DNA of 64,000 nucleotides from a virus: IMG/VR virus record IMGVR_UViG_3300007513_001104; one strand, 5' to 3'. Shown piece by piece: positions 50,322 to 59,800 of this stretch (position 1 is its first letter; each line of letters starts with the position of its first letter). The notes under the pieces were generated by a model. It saw only the letters and a program-made list of their open reading frames with translations, ran no database searches and was not told where the DNA came from. The position numbers and the translations under genes were made by a program.

Positions 50322-51693
50322 TCCATTCCTCCAGTAGATGTGCCATTCCAGGATATACTTTAGTGAAATCCTTTCCCCTTCTCATATCATACGCCTTAAT
50401 AAAATTAACAAAATCTTTTCTAAATTTTAATTGTGTTGGTTCTTGTAACAGGTAATCACACCAACGTTTTAATTGATCATACTCTTCTAAATATAATCTG
50501 GCCCACTTATCAGGTGAATTATACTTCAACCAACGTTTTCCTTGTTTTAAAAATATACCTACAAAATATTGTCTGTCATGTACATCTAACAATGTTGATT
50601 GTAGGTGTGGAGGCCATCTTAAATAATTTAAACTAATAGGAACCCTATTGTTTTCTAAATTCTCATTAAACTCTATTCTTAGTTTCATTATATCTTCTAT
50701 AAAATTGTAAAATCCATGTAAACACAATATATTCAATGTTGTCATTATAGCAACAAGCGAATTTGTTTCTCTTAATACACGTTTACAGTTTTCATACCAG
50801 TAGCAATAATCAATTCCATCTCTAGCATACTCTGCATACTTGCCTGAGCTTTCAACACTTGTATAAACATCTATTCTATCCACTTTGTCTTCTAATTGGT
50901 TTATAGTATTAATTAGTTTGTCTATAAGTTTTTTATCTGTTCCTAAGTTAGTATTAATAGCTATTTGCAGTTGTGGTTGTGGATTATCTATTATGTATTC
51001 TAAAGTTCTCCACACGTCTTTTGACATTGTAGGCTCTCCACCTGTAACTCTAAAGACCTTTAAGTGTGGCAAAACTTCTGGCATGTATTTAAACCAAGCT
51101 TCCATATAAGGGTTCTCTTCACTACGCTTATATGGAAACTTACCTATACTTTTTAAATATTCTAAATCATGATTGCCGTTTTCTACAGGATAGTTACCGT
51201 GCTCTTCTATATCTTTCATCCATGTAGATGATATGTCTGGACTACAATAAGCACAGGCAAAGTTACATGAATTAGCAAACGATACTTCTAAATATGAAGG
51301 ATAAACATTGTCAGCCGGAGAACTGTTGGCAATTTCTTTAAATCTATCCCATGACCACCAATCAGCTGTTTTATAGTGTCTATCTGAAAAATAATTTTTA
51401 TCTAAGTCTTCTATTTTCCAGCAGTAATCACACTCTTCCGGTCTTACACCGTTAAGCATTTTTGCTCTTTGTTCTTTTTTAAATTGTGAATTGTGTAACG
51501 CTGCTGGATTAGCTTTTACTTCTTCTACAGGGATCTTATGTGCTGATGGATGGTGACAGCTGTGGTTAAATCCATTTTGAAGGTAAAGAGTTGTTTGTAG
51601 CCATTTAGCGCTACAAAACGAAGGACTGACTTTATTAATCTCTTCACGTTTTAGTTCTAGAACCTTTATTCTTTCTTCATTAGTATTGATCAT
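50314..51693 (-). CDS. Radical SAM enzyme, CHH subtype
   Basis: CNFACAYC; GGEP; CSAKW / SCHHP / CDYCW. Confidence 0.93.
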   Translation of the reverse strand: MINTNEERIKVLELKREEINKVSPSFCSAKWLQTTLYLQNGFNHSCHHPSAHKIPVEEVKANPAALHNSQFKKEQRAKMLNGVRPEECDYCWKIEDLDKNYFSDRHYKTADWWSWDRFKEIANSSPADNVYPSYLEVSFANSCNFACAYCSPDISSTWMKDIEEHGNYPVENGNHDLEYLKSIGKFPYKRSEENPYMEAWFKYMPEVLPHLKVFRVTGGEPTMSKDVWRTLEYIIDNPQPQLQIAINTNLGTDKKLIDKLINTINQLEDKVDRIDVYTSVESSGKYAEYARDGIDYCYWYENCKRVLRETNSLVAIMTTLNILCLHGFYNFIEDIMKLRIEFNENLENNRVPISLNYLRWPPHLQSTLLDVHDRQYFVGIFLKQGKRWLKYNSPDKWARLYLEEYDQLKRWCDYLLQEPTQLKFRKDFVNFIKAYDMRRGKDFTKVYPGMAHLLEEWNV

Positions 51694-52278
51694 TCATTTC
51701 TTACCAATTCCCATAAATCTTTTCAGCGGATTAGATTTACCATTTATAAAATCCCAAGGACCTTCATACGGTAACTCGTCCAAATATAACACTTCGGTAA
51801 GGTTGTTTTTGAAGGCAAACAAAGATAATTCTTCTGTTGCTCTAACATGATCTTTTTCACTAAAATCATTATTACCTTGTATTATATAATGTGTACCCTT
51901 AGGTATATTATCAAACCACGTATCATATACTTTCTGACTAACGTGTTCTGTACTTGTATTTATTACTATATCAGGAGTGTAATCATACTGATACTTAGAC
52001 ATACAACCACCCCAAGTAGTATATTTTTGAGCACACCACTCTAAATAAAATTCTTGCTTATCAATACATGTAATATCCTCAATGGTTAACATGTCAGCTA
52101 ATACGCCATACCATGATCCAAAGATAATACATGACTGGGCTCGAGGAAAATGATAATTCAACTCATCTACTAACCAAGCTTTTGCATTTATTTGACTTGG
52201 CCAAAAGCAATCAAGTCCGTCTGGGTGTGTTCTAATTAATTCCATCCACCGTTCTAATTGTGTAGTGTTAAAGTTCAT
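51694..52278 (-). CDS. SAM-dependent methyltransferase-like protein
   Basis: IFGSWYG..L; ID; VINTSTEH; RFM.IG. Confidence 0.65.
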   Translation of the reverse strand: MNFNTTQLERWMELIRTHPDGLDCFWPSQINAKAWLVDELNYHFPRAQSCIIFGSWYGVLADMLTIEDITCIDKQEFYLEWCAQKYTTWGGCMSKYQYDYTPDIVINTSTEHVSQKVYDTWFDNIPKGTHYIIQGNNDFSEKDHVRATEELSLFAFKNNLTEVLYLDELPYEGPWDFINGKSNPLKRFMGIGKK

Positions 52279-52888
52279 TTTCTATTTTCCTTGCTATGTT
52301 TTGCATTGATTCTGGACCTGGGTGTTTTCCATCTGCAGAGTAATCTAATTTTTCAACTAGAAGTTCGTCTCTGTTTAAGTTAAACCAAGACCACTCAAAT
52401 AATTTTGTATTTCCTCTACACATTAGTTGAGTTGAGTCTATTACTAATTTACTATATTCAATTAAGTTTGTTTCATTTCTTTCCATAAAGTCTGTATATG
52501 GTTTGCCACTCCAGTGGCCAATATTATCAACATGAACATTAGGTTCAACATGACTGTATCTAAAGTCTGCTATTCTAAATGGAGAGGTCCAACCCATAAC
52601 AACCATATATGGCCAACCATGATCTTTAACTTGATCAATTAATTTCATCCACATATGGAAATTAGATTCTGCGGGATACGCAAAATTGTTTACTGTTCTA
52701 TCTGTTTTAATAACATTGTGTAATTTTTGTTCATCTTCTAACTCATGTCCCCAGGTTGTTGACTCACCAAACAAAGCAATTGAGCTACTCCAATTATCGT
52801 AATTTGGTAAATGACGTTTTAGGTTTCCTTTAGTGCCTGCTATAGGTTTGTAAAATCTTCCATTCCAACCAACGTTCTTCATAGCCAC
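52268..52888 (-). CDS. SGNH/GDSL-like protein
   Basis: FGESTTWG; SN; WT...R; DGKHPG. Confidence 0.6.
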   Translation of the reverse strand: MAMKNVGWNGRFYKPIAGTKGNLKRHLPNYDNWSSSIALFGESTTWGHELEDEQKLHNVIKTDRTVNNFAYPAESNFHMWMKLIDQVKDHGWPYMVVMGWTSPFRIADFRYSHVEPNVHVDNIGHWSGKPYTDFMERNETNLIEYSKLVIDSTQLMCRGNTKLFEWSWFNLNRDELLVEKLDYSADGKHPGPESMQNIARKIENEL

Positions 52889-53463
52889 ACCACGTTATTT
52901 TTAGGTGTCCATTCATAATCGTCATTATCTACGTCAACATAATAAACGTTCTGTAAAAACTCCGATCCTGGATCTACATCAAAACGAAATCTCTCTTCTT
53001 TTTTTATTCTTTTAAATGAATCTAAACGATAGGGTTCTTTACTATGTCCTGGCACATACCTTTTGTGTTCATATAAGGCATTCATCGCTTTTGCATTAAC
53101 ATCATGTGTCATATACTGTATTTTAAATCCATCTTCTTTTGCTTTATTTAAACAATAGTCCCAGAAGTAAAATCCTAATTGGTTGTGTCTAAACTCTTTT
53201 AATATGTGTAAACGACATACCCTAACTGCTATATCAGGTGTGCCCATGTAAGTATCTGGCTCGTAAGAACAAAACCCTGCAATTTTATCAAATTTATCAT
53301 AACGACTATTGCACGTTATAAGTAAAGGTGTTCCGGGTGTTGTCTTTACGTCATATTTGTCTGGAGTAATAGATGTATTACCTTCTTCTAGTGCCTCTTC
53401 TTGAATTCGTTTAACTACTGACTCAAGTTCTGTGCCTTTTATGTTGTCTATAATCTTATGCAT
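52879..53463 (-). CDS. GNAT-family acyltransferase-like protein
   Basis: RLHILKEFRHNQLG; NAKAMNALY. Confidence 0.65.
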   Translation of the reverse strand: MHKIIDNIKGTELESVVKRIQEEALEEGNTSITPDKYDVKTTPGTPLLITCNSRYDKFDKIAGFCSYEPDTYMGTPDIAVRVCRLHILKEFRHNQLGFYFWDYCLNKAKEDGFKIQYMTHDVNAKAMNALYEHKRYVPGHSKEPYRLDSFKRIKKEERFRFDVDPGSEFLQNVYYVDVDNDDYEWTPKNNVVWL

Positions 53464-54113
53464 TCAAAATCTTTTTGTCCATCTATAGATGCTATTAAAT
53501 AATGCCTTAAATCATTTCCCTTATGATATACTGCATGTTTATATCCTATATTAAGAAAATAACATCTTTTCATCTTCATTTCAACTACTTTGTGTTCTCC
53601 ATTTACCCAAAAATGATTTTCAACACCTTTGTTGCCACTTATAGGTATAATAACCCTCATAGCATAAGTTGTATTGTAATCTATGTGTGGTGGTACTTCA
53701 CCACCAGGTCTCATTCGAGAGTAACGAACCCGTATCAACTTATCTTGGAAAGCTCCGTTGAGATGTTGTTGTAGTGGGGAGTCCTTATAAAAATCTACGG
53801 GTTCGTCCCAATTATGTTCGTCCATAGAGAACGGAATCTTGCGTGAAATTTTGTCTTTTGTTGTATATGCTGAGGCGTCTTCTAATTCTTCTTGCTTACG
53901 ACATTCTGTTAAATGAAATGTTTCTACGGCCTTATATGTATCATTTGCAATTGAATTACTAGCTACTGCTAAGCCTCTATGTGATGTGAAATTATCTTGC
54001 CACCTGTCATAATGTTCCCACAGAAAATCTTCTATGAGATTGTAATCTAGTTCTATTGGTAGTTCGGCAATATATGGATAATGCCTTTTGTTATATCTTG
54101 ACATCCCGATCAA
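53448..54113 (-). CDS. Aspartyl/asparaginyl beta-hydroxylase-like 2OG-Fe(II) oxygenase
   Basis: RVRYSRMRPGGEVPPHID..R.IIPI..H.VY...R.YL. Confidence 0.75.
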   Translation of the reverse strand: MIGMSRYNKRHYPYIAELPIELDYNLIEDFLWEHYDRWQDNFTSHRGLAVASNSIANDTYKAVETFHLTECRKQEELEDASAYTTKDKISRKIPFSMDEHNWDEPVDFYKDSPLQQHLNGAFQDKLIRVRYSRMRPGGEVPPHIDYNTTYAMRVIIPISGNKGVENHFWVNGEHKVVEMKMKRCYFLNIGYKHAVYHKGNDLRHYLIASIDGQKDFECIRL

Positions 54114-54831
54114 TCATCCTAATAAGTTGGCCGCCAAGGTCTAAAGGATGCCAAATAACTCTTCTGGCGGTCCTATGATGTACTTCGTGAAAACCTTCAC
54201 CCAATGTTAATAAACCTACCCACATATCACTATGAGCTTTTCTTCCTCTATGTGAAAATGTGAATACCAATGACCCTATCATTTTAGCAAACCCTGCTGG
54301 TATAAGCCAGGCGTATAATAGTGCATAAGGATCTATAATAGTTAATAGTAATGCCCAAACACCAACGACTTGCCAATAATATTTAACTTGGTTTCTGTGT
54401 AATTTGTCTTTTAATAAATCTTTAACAAACTTAAAGTTTATGTCTATAAGAACTTGGCCAAAGTACGCTAACATTAAACCTCTATAATAAGGTGAGTGAG
54501 GATCTTTTGGTGTGTCACTATATTTGTGATGTTCCCTATGATTAGCTGCCCATGTAAGAGCAGGGCCTATCATCATTACATGAGGGCCGAACATTAATAC
54601 ATATTCAAACCATCTAGGGCATTTAAAATTTCTGTGTGAGAAATATCTGTGATATCCCATTGTAACACCCAACATAATATAACAATACATGCCAACTGCA
54701 ATTGCTACTGTAGCAGGTGTCCAATTAAATAAGAATAAAGAGAGAATAGCGGTTACTTGAGCTGTAAGTTGTCCTATTAATAAGGTTACCGGTGCCCACG
54801 ATTTGTTTTGTTTAAATACTGCTTTTCTCAT
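54091..54831 (-). CDS. Membrane fatty-acid desaturase (delta-9-like)
   Basis: GYHRYFSH; HREHHKYSDTPKDPHSP; GEGFHEVHH. Confidence 0.9.
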   Translation of the reverse strand: MRKAVFKQNKSWAPVTLLIGQLTAQVTAILSLFLFNWTPATVAIAVGMYCYIMLGVTMGYHRYFSHRNFKCPRWFEYVLMFGPHVMMIGPALTWAANHREHHKYSDTPKDPHSPYYRGLMLAYFGQVLIDINFKFVKDLLKDKLHRNQVKYYWQVVGVWALLLTIIDPYALLYAWLIPAGFAKMIGSLVFTFSHRGRKAHSDMWVGLLTLGEGFHEVHHRTARRVIWHPLDLGGQLIRMIDRDVKI

Positions 54832-55133
54832 TGGTCTTTTACTCTGGATCGAAACTTACGAACTGAACCATCATAAAATAACATACGAGTCCACGGGGTC
54901 CCCCTTCTCATTCTGGGGACTGTGTATTCCCAACCTTGACCGTACCTGTCTATCCATATGACATGGTAGCCTATCCAACGATTGCTTGGATACCACTTTG
55001 CACGACCTCCCTCCATGATCAATCTTTCTAACGTCCAAAAATAACAATTATTCTTCTTAGTAAAGAGCCTGACGGGCCAAGACCAGAAGAAAATTAACAT
55101 TAGGAAGAAGGTAAATAATACTCTATATTTCAC
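54828..55133 (-). CDS. Small basic, Trp-rich protein with a hydrophobic N-terminus
   Basis: First ORF after the late promoter; ATGA coupling to the desaturase. Confidence 0.6.
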   Translation of the reverse strand: MKYRVLFTFFLMLIFFWSWPVRLFTKKNNCYFWTLERLIMEGGRAKWYPSNRWIGYHVIWIDRYGQGWEYTVPRMRRGTPWTRMLFYDGSVRKFRSRVKDQ

Positions 55134-55162
55134 TACGTCTAATTTCGTTCCTTATATAGAAG

Positions 55163-55263
55163 TATTTATAGTGGAATCAAAAGTGTTTTAACATCTCTCT
55201 CATAGAGATTTATAATAGTTTGTTGCTTCTTTTGCTTCTTTTGGTATTAAATTTTTATAAATA
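55163..55263. promoter_or_regulatory. Divergent late promoters: TATAAATA on - at 55163-55170 and on + at 55256-55263
   Basis: Two exact consensus sites in the gap between the enzyme operon and the exported-protein operon. Confidence 0.8.
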
Positions 55264-55335
55264 GTGTAACTTACATTATTTCTTTGTCATAAATCTTGAA
55301 AGTGCGAAATATCTAATTTAGGGGACAAAAGAAAA

Positions 55336-56883
55336 ATGAAAAGAATACTGACAGTCGTGGCCGTTATGGGCATGTTCTTATCAGGAAACGTGTTTGCTGA
55401 TCAAACAGGAAACTGTACAGCCGGTACAGAATTTTGTGAAGACAACAATCAGACTACAACATCAACGTCAACGAACACGAATACGAACACCAATACCAAT
55501 ACCAATACGAACACCAGCACGAACACCAACACGAACACCAACACTAGCACTTCAACAGCGACGAATACGAACACGAATACGAATACGTCCACGAATACGA
55601 ACACTAATAATAACACCAACGTGAACACGAATACGAACACGAATACTAGCACGAATACCAATAATAACACCAACGTGAACACGAATACTAGCACGAATAC
55701 CAACACGAATACGAATACGAATACCAACTCAAATACCAACGTGAACACGAATACGAACACTAACACCAATGCTAATACGAACACGAACACGAATACGAAT
55801 ACCAATAATACAACATATAGTGGAAGTAACACGAATACCAACACCAATGCTAATACGAACACGAACACCAGCACAAGCTCTAATACGAATGTGAACACGA
55901 ATAATAATATTAGTTCAGGTGGTTTGAATAATACAAATACAAATGTTAATACCAATAATAGCACGTCAAATAATACGAACACCAATAATAACACTAGCAC
56001 GAGTACAAGCAACAACACGAATAATAACACGAACACCAACACCAATAATAACACGAACAATTCAACAGTAAATTCAACATCAAATAATACGAATACAAAT
56101 GTTAATACTTCAACTGTTGATCAAAATGTTAATAGTAATTCAACATCAAATAATACGAACACAAATAACAATAATAATACCAGCAATAGTACATCAAATA
56201 ATACGAACACTAACGTTAATAAAAGTGAAAGCACATCAGATAGTAATGTAACAACCAACAATACTAATAAGAACGAGAACACAAATAAAAATGAAAATAT
56301 CAACAAAACAGATCAAACAATTAAGCAGGAGATTACCACCAAGGCTCCTCCTGCTAGTGCTATTGCGCCTTCCATCGGCTCTAGCTACAGTCAGGACCTC
56401 TGTACCACTGGTGTATCCGGTGCTTTCCAAGGGCAAGTATTTGGTTTATCAGGCGGTAAAAGCGTTAGGGATATGAACTGTGAACGTATTAAGTTATCTA
56501 AAACAGTTTACGATATGGGTATGAAAGTAGCAGCAGTTAGTTTAATGTGCCAAGATGATAGAGTATTCCAGGCCATGGAGATGGCTGGAACGCCTTGTCC
56601 TTACATGGGTAAGATTGGAGACGAAGCTACAGCAGCGTGGGAAGAAAATGCACAAGAAAGACCTGACTACAAGGACAATAAGAAGAAGATAAAAGAACAA
56701 ATTAAACGAAAAGAGGAAGAGATAGCTGCCCTGAAAGAGAAAGAAGAATATGAAGCAGACGCCCCACGTAGAGAGTTTATGGCAGAATGTAAGGGCTCTA
56801 GACATGAAGCAGGGAAACACAAAGGCAAAAGAAAGTCCAATGGCACTTGTAGGAAAGAATGGAAAGAATTAAGCAATTCATAA
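55336..56883 (+). CDS. Exported protein with a long (Asn-Thr)n tract and a Cys-containing C-terminal domain
   Basis: Signal peptide ending VFA; NT repeat; PPASAIAP..DLC..NCER..MKVAAVSLMC..AGTPCP. Confidence 0.85.
   Translation: MKRILTVVAVMGMFLSGNVFADQTGNCTAGTEFCEDNNQTTTSTSTNTNTNTNTNTNTNTSTNTNTNTNTSTSTATNTNTNTNTSTNTNTNNNTNVNTNTNTNTSTNTNNNTNVNTNTSTNTNTNTNTNTNSNTNVNTNTNTNTNANTNTNTNTNTNNTTYSGSNTNTNTNANTNTNTSTSSNTNVNTNNNISSGGLNNTNTNVNTNNSTSNNTNTNNNTSTSTSNNTNNNTNTNTNNNTNNSTVNSTSNNTNTNVNTSTVDQNVNSNSTSNNTNTNNNNNTSNSTSNNTNTNVNKSESTSDSNVTTNNTNKNENTNKNENINKTDQTIKQEITTKAPPASAIAPSIGSSYSQDLCTTGVSGAFQGQVFGLSGGKSVRDMNCERIKLSKTVYDMGMKVAAVSLMCQDDRVFQAMEMAGTPCPYMGKIGDEATAAWEENAQERPDYKDNKKKIKEQIKRKEEEIAALKEKEEYEADAPRREFMAECKGSRHEAGKHKGKRKSNGTCRKEWKELSNS
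55450..56310 (+). repeat. Degenerate 6-bp-period (AAY ACN) coding repeat
   Basis: aacacgaatacgaacaccaatacc...; synonymous variation retains Asn/Thr. Confidence 0.95.
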
Positions 56884-59800
56884 TAGCAGGCCTTTTGTTA
56901 TGTGCTAGCTGGGGTGTTAGTGCCGATAACAATTCAGATTGTGCAAACAGTCAAAGTTGTTATAATAGTGGAGTTTACATTTATGAAGGTAGTCAAGACC
57001 TTGTTGACCTTTATAATATGTCCGGCACTACTAACCTCAATGCTAGTGACGATAGTTGGTCTCCACAAGTTGATCTTGGTATGGAATGGGATAGGTGGGA
57101 TCAAACTTGGGGACATGCTAAAATGTCTACCAATGGTTGTGTAAACTTTAGAGGTGGATCATCAGGTGGTAATAGTAATGTCTGTAATGACTACACACCA
57201 CAATCTCTACCTTATCGAAACTATACCTTATATCCAATGTGGACTGATTTAATTAGAGGAACAGCATCAGGTGGACAAACTTCCAAGATGTTATTTAAAG
57301 ATTTCGGTGATTATGTTGTCTTTGGTTGGTATTACATGAAAGAGTTTAATAGAAATTCAAGTAATAGTTTTGAAGCAATACTATATGCTAATAATTCATA
57401 CGAATACAGATACAGAGAATTAGATATTATTAACCATGATGTTCTTATAGGCGAACAAGGTAATAACTCAACTACTCCATCAGATACAAAAACATTTCTA
57501 TACTATAATGATTATACACAAGCTTTAGGTGGGTGTCAGACTTTTGATATGTTTTTAGAGGGTGCATCTCAATGTAATACACAATATGGAAATGCTGGTG
57601 GGCCTGATTTAGAAAATGGTGGTTCATTATTCTCTGGTTCATTTGAGGATATGTGTGAACTTAATGCTTTATATAGTACAAATTGTTCAGGATACGCAGC
57701 AGCTTACTTAGCTCAACAATGTGCTCTAGATGCTTTATATAATTCAGCATGTTCAGGATATGCAGCAGCTTATTTAGCTCAACAATGCGCTTTAAATACA
57801 TTGTATGATGAAGATTGTACAGGATACGCAGCAGCTTTATTAATATATGAATGTGATTTAGATGTATTTTATTCCACACAATGCGACGGATATGCTAGTG
57901 CATTGGCACAAGAAGAAGCTTTGTATGATGCTATATATGGGACAGACGAGGATTATGGATATGATGATGGTAGTGATGATGGAAGTGATTATGGTTATGA
58001 TGAATATGGAAATGCCTACGCAGAAGAAGACATGTGGTATGATGAAGAATATGGTGAATATTTAGATCCTAATGATCCTTGTTATCAAAATGCTTGTGCA
58101 GACTTTACAGATGCTGATTGGTATGCACTAGACATAGAACAATTTGGGCAAGAGCAAGTTGACGAATGGTATGGCCAAGATGTAGAGTTCTCAGACGAAG
58201 GTTATATAGACTACGGCACACAGACAGAAGAAGAGTATTGGACAAACATTGATGAGGGTATGGATGAATATGATCAAGAGCAACAAGAAATGTATGATTC
58301 GTTTACAGAAGAAGATTGGTATGCTTATGATGTAGAGGAGTATGGCCAAGAACAAGTAGATGAATGGTATGGAACAGAAGTAGAATTTACTGAAGATGGA
58401 ACGTTTGCTTACGAAGAAGAACAATTTTATGAAGAAGAACAGTTTGAAGAACAATATAGTGAAGAAATTTATTTAACAGATGCTGAATGGTATGAAATAG
58501 ACATAGAAGAGTTTGGCCAAGAGCAGGTAGATGAGTGGTATGGCGAAGATGTAACGTTTGATGAGGAAGGTTATATACCTGAAACCCATTGGGAAGAAAT
58601 GTATGAAGAAGAGCTACTAGCACAAAACTTAACACAAGAAGAGATTTATATATTAGAAGAAGAAGTTGGTGTTGAAATATTCGTTGAAGAAGAGTGGGTA
58701 CCTGAAGAAGAAAATGAGATATATGAGGAAGTGTTAGAGGATTATGAAAGAGAAGCTCTTGAAGAACAAGAAGAAGAGATATTCGAAGATTTTGATGAAA
58801 CGTATGACGAAGAAGAGCTTTACATAGAAGAAGATGAGGCATTCGAAGACTTAATAGATGAAGAAGAGTTAGAAGAACTTATTAATGAAGAACACGAAGA
58901 AGAGTTCTTTGAAGAAGAGGAGCAACAAGAAGAAGAACAACAAGAGAGCAAACAAATATATGCAGGACCTACTAATTCAGGCCAGGGAACACAAGTAGCT
59001 CAACAAGAACTGCAGACCTTTACTGCACAAGTAGCTCAACAAGAACAACAACAAGAACAACAAACAATACAACAAGCAGTATCACAAGACTCGTCATCAA
59101 GCAGTTCACAAGCAGTTGTTGCAGAGATAGATTTTGGTGGCACACAAGAAGAACAACAAACAGTTGCTGAAGTCATACAAGAACAGTTAGACGACGGTTC
59201 AGGTAGTACCACAGGAGGCAGTTTTGACAGTAATTCATATTCAAGTGGTAGCAGTAGTAGTGGTAGTAGCGGTTTTGTAGCTAGTAGTAGTCAACAGGAA
59301 CAAATAACACAGTCTACAGGTAATTCATTTATTGCAGAACAGCAAGAACAACAAACAGGTCAATCACAGATACAAGTAGCAGAAGTAGAATCAGGGCCTG
59401 CAGTAACAGCTTTTGAAGTAGCAGAACAACAACAAGAAACACAAGAAGAACAACAAGAATTAACCTTTGATGATGGTTCTAACTTTACCGTAGCAGATCA
59501 GAACTTTGAAAGTTCGTTTGATGACGCTTTAGGGGCGGGACAATCAATAGGACAGTTTTTAAGTAACCAACAACCTAACTTTGCTAAGTTTGATGTTGCA
59601 CCACCTACTGTTGACGAACAACAAGTTACATCAGCTGTTGAATCATTAGCAGATAGAATGGGATCACAAGTAGCAGCTCAAAACTTACAAACACAATTAG
59701 ATAACGTGCAACAAGGTGGAGGGTTTGATGTAGATCAAACAGCAACGGTTGCTTTTATAGGTTATAGTTCAGGGTTCAGTGATTATACTGGACAAGAACA

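Noticed and set aside
42919-51693. Assignment of the rSAMs to MoaA, PqqE, anaerobic sulfatase maturase, QueE or NrdG
   Set aside because: Auxiliary Cys motif is N-terminal, the MoaA C-terminal GG is absent, and partner genes of those pathways are not in the window
55449-56306. Minus-strand Val/Phe/Leu-rich ORFs that look like membrane proteins
   Set aside because: They are the antisense shadow of the AAY-ACN repeat; the plus-strand gene has the promoter, signal peptide and C-terminal domain
55450-56310. Possible CRISPR array or non-coding satellite
   Set aside because: No constant repeat with unique spacers; variation is synonymous within an open frame
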